The notes under the pieces are model-generated. The model did no database searches. It was not told where the DNA came from and saw only the letters and a list, made by a program, of their open reading frames with translations. DNA of 64,000 bases from Eledone cirrhosa (taxonomy: Eukaryota). Each line of letters begins with the position of its first letter. Position 1 is the stretch's first letter. The stretch is taken from positions 313,224,001 to 313,288,000 of the forward strand of contig OZ024740.1 in assembly GCA_964016885.1 (NCBI GenBank), written 5' to 3'. Of this stretch, positions 55,480-64,000 are shown piece after piece. Both the position numbers and the translations under genes were made by a program.

Positions 55480-55812
55480 ATCATCATCACTGTTTTACGT
55501 CCGTTCTTCCATGCTAGCATGGGTTAGACGGTGATTCTGGCTTGATTTCTACAGCTGGATGCCCTTCCTAACACCAACCTCATTTACAGTGAGTGCAGGG
55601 TGCTTTTTTGCCGTGGCACCTCCACGGCCACTTTGCAGTGGAATGATAGGGACCCCAGTCCCTATCATCTCATTTCTACAGCTGAGTAAACTGGAGCAAT
55701 GTGAAATAAAGTGTCTTGCTCAAGGAAACAACACATCACCCAGTCTGAGAATTGAACTCACAACCTTTTGATTGCAAGGCCAATGCTCTCACCACTAAGC
55801 CATGTGCCTCCA
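55480..55812 (-). mobile_element. Full-length tRNA-derived SINE with an RTE-derived tail
   Basis: Colinear with 50066-50412. Confidence 0.85.
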
Positions 55813-58699
55813 TTGGAATTTATCCTCAAGGTAAATTATAAAAGCTTTATCAACTTTAGAATACTGAATTATTACTCTATTATGTGTTCCAGCTGAGGCT
55901 ATGCTGGAGCACTGTCATTGATTATCTAGAAACACTTATCACCAAACATTCTATATATACAAAACATTGTCAGATACCAAATTGGATATAACAGTGAATT
56001 CCATAACACACCATAGAGTATATTGAATTAATGTTCATCATGATCATCAAGATCCCCATCTTCATCATCATCAACATGAAGATCATCATGATCATCAACA
56101 TCAACGTGATGATGATCATCATTACCATCATCATCCCCATCGCCTAGACCCCTATCATCATCATCAAATTCATCATTATCAACAACAATATCAGTTTCTC
56201 TGCTATCAAGAGTTTGATAGGTTGTCACAGACTGTACCAATACTCAAGTGGAGCTCTTGACCTCTCAGATAGGCCGGGGGGGGGGGGGCGTCTGTATCTT
56301 ATTTATGTTCCTTAACGGCTAATGAGTTGAGTGCTTGAGCAGGCTAGGGAACTACATCACCCAAAACATCCCCACGATCTACCGTGTGCATTTTATAGTG
56401 GCACCAGCACTAGGGAGTGTCATGTCTTTGACACAGCTGAGGAGTCCTCCCATCCCTTTATATGGCAGCTTTTTTCTTCTTTCTATCACCAACCAACTTT
56501 CAAAGAAATTATTTCTAAATGAGTCCTAAAATAATGTTATATGATATATGACCTAGTGAGAACCTGTAGGCTTACTAACTAGAAAATTATGTTATTGGCC
56601 TAGTTGAGTTTTTACCCAGATGCTCTATTTCAGTTTATTTTTATATATCAATCAATATCAATACAGAATACATCATTTGTTGTTATGGATATGGTAATTA
56701 GCATAGGTGGGAAAGTTAACATCTTTACAGTATGTGACAAACTAATTTCATGGTAAACGTTTTTTTAGATTTGTTCAAATGCATTGGATATAACTTACCA
56801 CCACATTACATCTACCATACTACGTCCCAATGCAAGATACTGTGGGTTGGCGTAGTATGATAGTCATCCAGGTAGCTTCTACCTTGGCAGCTACACTTGC
56901 TAAAAATAGAAGCTAAATCTCCCTCAAATTACAGTTTACCATTCTGAGGAAAGAAAGAACGCAATGAATAATGTATTCCTAGATAGTCCTAAAATACAGT
57001 ATGGTCCTGGATGGAATGTCTGATTACTGGTGTACTCAGCCAACAAAAATCTCCAAAGTAAGTACACGATTGATTGAATGTCGTACAAGGTTTGCTGGTC
57101 ACTACTTCTGTGTAAAAATGAGATGGTTTTAGACCTCTTGTCATGGGAGATCTCCTCACCAGAAAGCTCAAACACCAGGATACCATAGCAAGAGACGGTG
57201 GAATTAACAAGGCTGACATACAGATCTTGATGGGAAACAGAGACTGTTGGTGTGAAGGTGTGTTTGCTGCCTCACCCAGAGGATAAGGATGCAGTGACAA
57301 GAAAGACATAGAAACCTTGATAGGAAACAGACTGTTGGCATGAAATTGTGCTTGCTGTGTTGTCTAAGGGTGATGGGTAATAACAGTCAACACAACATAT
57401 GCTGTTACACTATATACAGATAGTCATAGCCCCTCCCCCCACACACCACAGCCAATCTCCCTCATATTACAACCCCCACCAATCTTTATACCCCTGTGCA
57501 CACAAAAGGTCATGATGGTTAATGTAGTCAATTGCCAAACAAAAAAAAAAAATAGGAACGCCTTTCATCATAAGTCTAGTCTTTCAGGGTTTATATAGGA
57601 CTAAAAAAAAACAATTATAACATGTACTGCCTGCTAAACTGCATTGCCACATAACATGCTCTAACTGCCATAATTCACCAAAAAGCATATGATGCAAATA
57701 TACCAGCTAAGTTGTTTTAAGTTGCACTGAAGCATGTAAATCAATGTGAAGTGTCTACTTTCAAGACCTAGCAAAACCACGACAACACCCATTCTCTCAT
57801 AAATATCACAGCCATCAACTGTACCCATTAATATCTAAATATGAAGCAGACATGGCCCTAGGACCACCTCCACACTCGCCACCATCGGCACGGAGTTGGC
57901 TACTCCGCAGGTATGAGCCTCGCAAGCTGGAATGGTTCTTCCAATGCGTCTTTCATCATCCTCTGGAGAAACACTTTTTCTATTTTGTCCGCCGGAGCTG
58001 CAGGGCGGCCAGTGCATGGGCCCCCATTTGCTTGTAATAGTGAGAGATGGGGAGATCAATAGTATTATTTACCTTGCAGTGAAGCAATGTCTTGTCCTAT
58101 GTAATCTTATTATAACATGAAGATACCCCAATGTCTTTGTTTGATGATTCTAAACAAATATAATTACTGTCTCATTTATAAAAGAATGCAGGTTATAGAG
58201 TCCTTTTCTTTTTCACCAGGCAACCACCACAATTTTTCAGACAACCACCACAATTTTCCACCAGACAACTACACAACCAGGCAACCACCACTGATTTCTC
58301 TAACTTTGCTCCTATAAAAAGTCAGGTAGGTGTGGGACAGCTTCAGCTGACATGCCAGTTGGAATTTGTCTGCATTTTCTTTCAACCAACCATGAAGGTC
58401 AAAATATTATTGTTCGGTGTATACTCACTGCCCACATACATGACTATTCATTACACACACACACACTTCATTACACATACACACACTTACACTCACACAT
58501 ATACACACACACTCATACATATACACACATCATTACACACACATACATATGCACACATCATTACACTCACATACACACATGTCATTACACACACACACAA
58601 ACACACAAGGTGAATACATGATCTAATTTACACTATTAAGGTAGTAACAATAGTTGTATCGCTATTCAATATAAAACACAATTACACATTTCTTTTGAA

Positions 58700-58830
58700 A
58701 AAGATGATCTGAGATTTATTAAAAGATGTCCCAGAAAGATGATTTCACACTTATCAAAAGCTGTCCAGGAAGATGATCTCAAGACTTATTAAAAAATGTC
58801 CCAGGAAGATGATCTCAGACTTCTAAAAGA
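58700..58830. repeat. Degenerate ~35-bp tandem repeat
   Basis: Units GATGATCTCAGACTTATTAAAA.ATGTCCCAGGAA, 3-4 copies. Confidence 0.7.
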
Positions 58831-59108
58831 ATCATGTGTTTGACAATGGCTCTTTAAAGTCCTTTCAAACTCCTACATGTATTTTGGTAGAACTTACAAA
58901 CAAAGCTACATCGGTATGAAGACATGTATTCTGATGTAAGGAAGCACTGTGTCTTTTTAAACCACCAACTACGATTAGTGTGAATGCTATGCCTCAAAGA
59001 GAACAGGGGTTTAGCAACAAGTATGTCATTCTTTGCAAGACAGTCCTTATGGTGCAACAAAGAAATTCCAGAAAAGACTTAAGACATCAATGCAACATGA
59101 TGTCTTTA

Positions 59109-59332
59109 CCCTTTAGCATTTAAACCAGCCACATCTGGCCAGAATTCCCTCACCTCTTTCTGTTCAAACCGGTCATAACTGGACACTTATACTGATGTTA
59201 AGGTATTGTTCTCAAAATAGAAAAAATATCAAAATCTCATAGGTTTTGTGAGATAAAGCGTTTACCAAGAAAATAAGAATAATGTGAATATAGTAAATAT
59301 AGAAAATATAGAATAATGTGAATGCTAACGGG
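59109..59332. mobile_element. piggyBac-like MITE
   Basis: TTTA-CCCTTTAGCATT ... AATGCTAACGGG-TTAA (CCC termini, TTAA-type target site). Confidence 0.7.
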
Positions 59333-59489
59333 TTAAGTCAATGAGTGGGAGTCTGAAAAATTAATAAGCAGGTGGGGCGGAGTGATGATTATTCGAGACA
59401 CGAGAATAAATTATATTTTTATTTTAAAAAAATGTACATTACATTTCAAATCCCCCCCCCCCCAAATGCTATGTAGTGCACTACTACAT

Positions 59490-59542
59490 ACATATGTGTA
59501 TACATACACACATAAATATAATCACACATACATATATGTATG

Positions 59543-59576
<34 letters not shown>

Positions 59577-60130
59577 TATAATCACACATACATATAAGTA
59601 TGCATACACATACACACAAATATAATCACACATACATATATGAATGTATACACAAATATAATCACATACATATATGTATACATACACACATAAATATAAT
59701 CACACATACATATATGTATACATACACACATAAATATAATCACACATACATATATGTATACATAAACACAAATATAATCACACATACATATATGTATGCA
59801 TACACACAAATATAATCACACATACATATATGTATGCATACACACAAAAATATAATCACACATACATATATGCATACACACAAAAATATAATCACACATA
59901 CATATATGTATGCATACACACAAATATAATCACACATACATATATGTATACATACACACAAATATAATCACACATACATATATGTATACATACACACAAA
60001 TATAATCACACATACATATATGTATGCATACACACACACAAACACACAAATATAATCACACAAACATATATGTATATATATGCACACAATCACACATGCA
60101 TACATGTATACATACGCACACATAAATATA
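59490..60130. repeat. ~38-40-bp minisatellite
   Basis: Unit ACACAAATATAATCACACATACATATATGTATGCATAC, about 14 copies. Confidence 0.9.
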
Positions 60131-60544
60131 TTCACAAATACATATATATATTTGGTGATAGGAAGAGCTCCCAACCATGGAGTAATTGCAAAGCAAACAA
60201 ACTAAGAGTTGAGAGGACTCTTCAGTTGTGCCATGGACATGACAGCCTCCCTAGTGTTACTGATTTACACGATAAACACACCCAATAGACACAGTAAAGT
60301 GTTTGGTGATAAGAAGGGCATCCAGCCATAGAAATCTTGCCAAACAAAGGGTTGGGAAGACTCTCAGTTGTATCAAAGGCATAACAACCTTTCCTGAGGA
60401 GTCAATGGAATGTGAGACTATACATAAGCGCACAGGTCCCTGACCTGCTTGATAGATTAATGGCTCCACTTCAGTACTGACTTGGTCTATATGGACCCAT
60501 CCAACCCTTACTAGTAGGGAAAGCAAACGTTAAAATGACAATGA

Positions 60545-60572
<28 letters not shown>

Positions 60573-60577
<5 letters not shown>

Positions 60578-60770
60578 AAAAAGTATGACCCCAACGGCAG
60601 AGCTCAAGCCGTTTCGATGGCTATTTCTGGACTCAGAAATAGCCGTCGAAACGGCTTGAGCTCTGCCGTCGGGGTCATACTTTTTCCTATTTCCCACTCT
60701 ACTACCTTAAGTATTGAGTACTCTGGTGCGTTATGGTCCATCTGGTTCCTTACCACAATCCCTTTGTTAT
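60573..60770. mobile_element. Hairpin-plus-tail element, full copy in the opposite orientation to 11162
   Basis: Palindrome 60573-60690, tail 60691-60770, flanked by (TA)n. Confidence 0.85.
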
Positions 60771-60849
60771 ATATATATACTGTATATATATATATATTAT
60801 GATAATACAAAAGACGAAAATGGTTAATTATATTTCATATATATATATA

Positions 60850-61974
60850 TCATCATCATCATCATCAACGTTTAACGTCCGTGTTCCACGCTTGCATGGG
60901 TTTGGACGGGGGTAGTCCCACTTGAGGCAAGAGTGATTGTCTTGCTCGCATAGGACTGTCTGGCAGGTTTTCTACAGTTGGATGCCCTTCCTAACACCAA
61001 CCACATTTACAGTGTGGGTCTGGGAGGTTTTTACCGTGTTGCCTACACGGCCACATTACAGCGTGGACTGTGTGTTTTTTTGTCGTGACACCTACACGAT
61101 CTCATTTGTTTCGGCCTGGATGGCGCGGCACCAACATAACTTTACATAGAACGGGGTGGTGTGGATGGGGTGGGGGTGGTGGTGGTGGGACGGGGTGTAT
61201 TTTGTTAGAGATGCCTACTGGCTGGAGTAGGTTTTACTATATATTTAGGTAAGGCGGGTCTTCTCTGTTACTGAGTACCGCCAAAGGTCTCGGTCCAGTG
61301 ACATTGTCTTGGAGAGGTGTAAGTGTGTGATGTCGGAGTTTATCAGCTCGTCCCAGGTTTTTCTAGGTCTGCCTATTCCGTGACTACCGTCTATCTTTAT
61401 TGCCCTGCACTTTGTTATACAGCTATCGACTTTCATGCGCATCACGTGTCCATACCAACGTAGCCTTCTCTCGAGTAAACAACATCTGATCCCTCTTATC
61501 TCTAATTTTTTCCTTAGTTCGTTTATGCTTTGCCGTTCACGTATATTACTGTTACACATCCAGCGGAGCATGCAAGCTTCGTTCCTCTCTAGTCTGCATA
61601 TATCCTCTGCACACAATGCCCAGGTCTCACTGCCATGCAGCATTGCTGTTCGTATGCAGGCATCGTACAACCTGCCTTTCATTTTTAGGGAGAACCCTTT
61701 AGCAGCTAATAGTGGTATAAGCTCTCTGAACTTTTTCCAACCAGTTCTGACTCTAGCTACAGTACTTTCAGAGCACCCTCCCCCACTGCTGATTTTATCG
61801 CCCAGGTAACGGAAGCTGTCCACTATTTCTATAGAACCCTCTGCGCAATTGAAAGAGCTAGTATTTTGTGGGCACTTGCTGCTACTTATTGCACCAGAAC
61901 ACCGGCCACATGTAAAATCTATGTTCTTAGTTAGCTTACCTGTGATCCCACTACATCTTTTATGCACCCATACT
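60850..61974 (-). mobile_element. RTE-PHD subfamily A, 5'-truncated within the PHD finger
   Basis: VWVHKRC to the stop at 61245; shares diagnostic variants (DITHL, 3' UTR) with the 11609 copy. Confidence 0.95.
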
Positions 61975-61987
61975 ATATATATATATA

Positions 61988-62153
61988 TTGTATTTCCCGG
62001 CGCCGAAGACGCTTCATCCTTGAGGACCCACCCTAATTTTGACAACCAAAAATTTGAAAAAAAAATAAACAACTTTCAGCCTCCAGGACACATAGTAGAT
62101 ATATTAGACTTATTTTAGGAAAAAAGTGGCGTCTTCAATGCTGGGAAATATAG
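61988..62153. mobile_element. pogo/Tc1-superfamily MITE
   Basis: TA-flanked TIRs TTGTATTTCCCGGCGCCGAAGACGC / GCGTCTTCAATGCTGGGAAATATAG. Confidence 0.7.
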
Positions 62154-62600
62154 TATATAGATATACATACACTCCCCTCCCCCCCAACCACATATATAGC
62201 TGCTTTATATATCTATCTACTGGTCCTGAATTCTGGAAGGAGTCGTAGGGGCACCATTGTAGTAGGTATTTAAAGGTGGCTGAGCCCATCCTTCTCCAGG
62301 TCACGTTTTATATATAATATATATATTTGCATGTACTTGTATGTGTGTGTGCATGTGCGTGTGCGTGTGCGTGTGTGTGCATGTGTAGATATATAATTAT
62401 GTACCTAAGATAGAAATATGAATATAGATTGAATTGAAATTATACTAAAACACACCCAAAATACACACACACAGAGAAAGAGAGAGAGATAAAGCAGATC
62501 TAGTGACTATATGTGTGCGTGTGCGTGTGCACAAACATATACAGAGAATTAAATGATATACTGTACATGCAAACAGACACACGCTAATTTATACTCTTAT

Positions 62601-62655
62601 ATGAAAAGATTCAGGACCCCGACAGCTGAGCTCTGGCTGTTTCAACAGCTAGATT
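62601..62655. mobile_element. Single arm of the hairpin-plus-tail family (5227 subtype)
   Basis: ATGAAAAGATTCAGGACCCCGACAGCTGAGCTC..GCTGTTTCAACAGCTA links the 5227 terminus to the 11241 arm body. Confidence 0.65.
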
Positions 62656-63297
62656 CAAACTCTTATATACATATACAAGTTTATATAACTGTAAATATGT
62701 GTAGGGCTTCTGTCTGTTTGCTTCTCTTTCTCTGACACACACAGACGTATACATACACACATTCCCTCACATATGCAAGTATACACACACTCAGTCATAC
62801 AGATATGCACACTCACATGCACACACACACACACTCTCTCTTTCATACACATACATGCATTCTCACACACACACACACACATATGCACTCTCTTTCACAC
62901 ACACATACATGCACTCTCCCTTTCTTCCATAGACGAACTCTCTCTTTCACACACATATACATGCAGTCTCTCTTTCAAACACACGCACACACATGAACTC
63001 TCTCTTTCTCTCTCTTTGATCTGTCCTGCTGTAATACACACTTTTATAAGCCCAATACCTGTTAGATTCACCAGTAATTGCTACTTTGTACCATTCACAC
63101 ATTTCTTCTGCTATTTTGCAATGTTTTATCTGACCTTTTTCATTTGTGAAGCAGACATGAAATTGTTATCAAAAGTTTTTATGTAGTTTGTGACATTAAA
63201 CAATGTCAGACAGGGTGTGGGGTGGGTTAAATGAACAAAGAAGAACTGGGGTATAGGGATAAATTAAAGATAAATGTGAATATCTCTTAACCATAGT

Positions 63298-63420
63298 TAC
63301 AGACATGACTGAGTGGTTAAGGAGTAGGTTTCACAGCCAGTTGGCTCTGGGTTCAGTCCTGCAGTGCAGTACCTTGGGCTAGTGTCGTCTACTATAGCTT
63401 TGAGTTGACCAATATTTTGT
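63298..63420 (+). mobile_element. tRNA-headed SINE 5' fragment
   Basis: TGACTGAGTGGTTAAG ... GGGTTCAGTCC ... ACCTTGGGCTAGTGTC. Confidence 0.55.
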
Positions 63421-63427
63421 GAGGGGA

Positions 63428-63949
63428 ACTCAGAGAAATGTTGTTTGCAGATGATGCAACATTGGCAGTGCACTCTGAGGAGCAAGTGCAGCACCTCAAG
63501 GAATAACTCTTGAGGGCCTCCCAGGAATTCAGCCAGACCATTAGTTTGAAGAAAACCAATGTACTTGGCCAAAGCATCAAAGACCTACTGTATGGAGAAC
63601 TGGCCACCAGCACAAGAGCACAAGGATAACCTCACATTCGTTTCAAAGACATCTGCAAGTCAATAGATCTGGACGTCCAGAGTTGGGAAGATGTCGCTAA
63701 TGATCACCCACACTGGAGATGAGTACTATGAAAGGGGAATAGAAACTGAAACTTACCACTGATGAAAAGCAAGCTTGAAGAAAGGACAACACAGTAGCAC
63801 TGGAGAAGAGCATCTTCAAATGCAGTTGCTGCATACAAGACTGCCATTCCTGTCTGGGTCTGTAGTCACAGCAGATGCTGCACCACCATCAGTAGTTGAC
63901 ACAAAATTCTCCAGGCACACATTCATAGTTTTTCGAAACCCATGGATGC

Positions 63950-63960
<11 letters not shown>
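63428..63960 (+). mobile_element. Degenerate RTE-clade LINE (third type) with an internal deletion and a (CAA)n tail
   Basis: LREMLFADDATL, TISLKKTNVL, KDLLYGEL, RFKDICK, WEDVAND and a C-terminal Cys/His cluster. Confidence 0.75.

Positions 63961-64000
<40 letters not shown>

Noticed and set aside
56028-56240. Asp/His-rich ORF
   Set aside because: Degenerate (CAT)n microsatellite.
59490-60130. Regularly spaced repeats suggesting a CRISPR array
   Set aside because: No unique spacers and no cas genes, in a eukaryotic context; it is a minisatellite.
61150-61200. G-rich tract (G-quadruplex-like) antisense to the RTE 3' UTR
   Set aside because: Highly variable between copies and reduced in some, so no evidence of conserved function.

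Overview
Animal genomic DNA, very AT-rich and almost entirely repeats. The SINE/RTE families and the extreme (TA)n content suggest an octopus or other cephalopod; that is inferred from sequence style and not verified. I found no host protein-coding gene, rRNA, tRNA gene or CRISPR array. Nearly all long ORFs in the track are microsatellite artefacts (YIYI/HTHT). The window is a patchwork of mobile elements inserted in TA microsatellites. LINEs: a young RTE family (APE endonuclease + RT with an embedded PHD finger, (GAT)n tail; about 9 copies or fragments, one with a nearly complete ORF), other RTE families, a CR1-group LINE (2 copies) and R4/Dong-type 3' ends. Other elements: a Penelope-like GIY-YIG element, Tc1/mariner, pogo-like and piggyBac-like MITEs, and tRNA-headed SINEs with RTE-derived tails. 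A roughly 15 kb compound microsatellite array lies at 35-50 kb. The most notable observations are: (1) small TA-associated elements built as a long palindrome plus a short unique tail, whose arms co-vary between copies and whose tail motif (CTCTACTA..GTATTGAGTAC) recurs next to an unrelated hairpin; (2) several distinct minimal or variant hammerhead-ribozyme motifs (8-nt cores, U3-A8 core); (3) domain-specific, drifting and strand-flipping microsatellite variants; (4) a twin-priming-type 5' inversion in an RTE. All alignments, translations and folds were done by eye, so coordinates may be off by a few bases.
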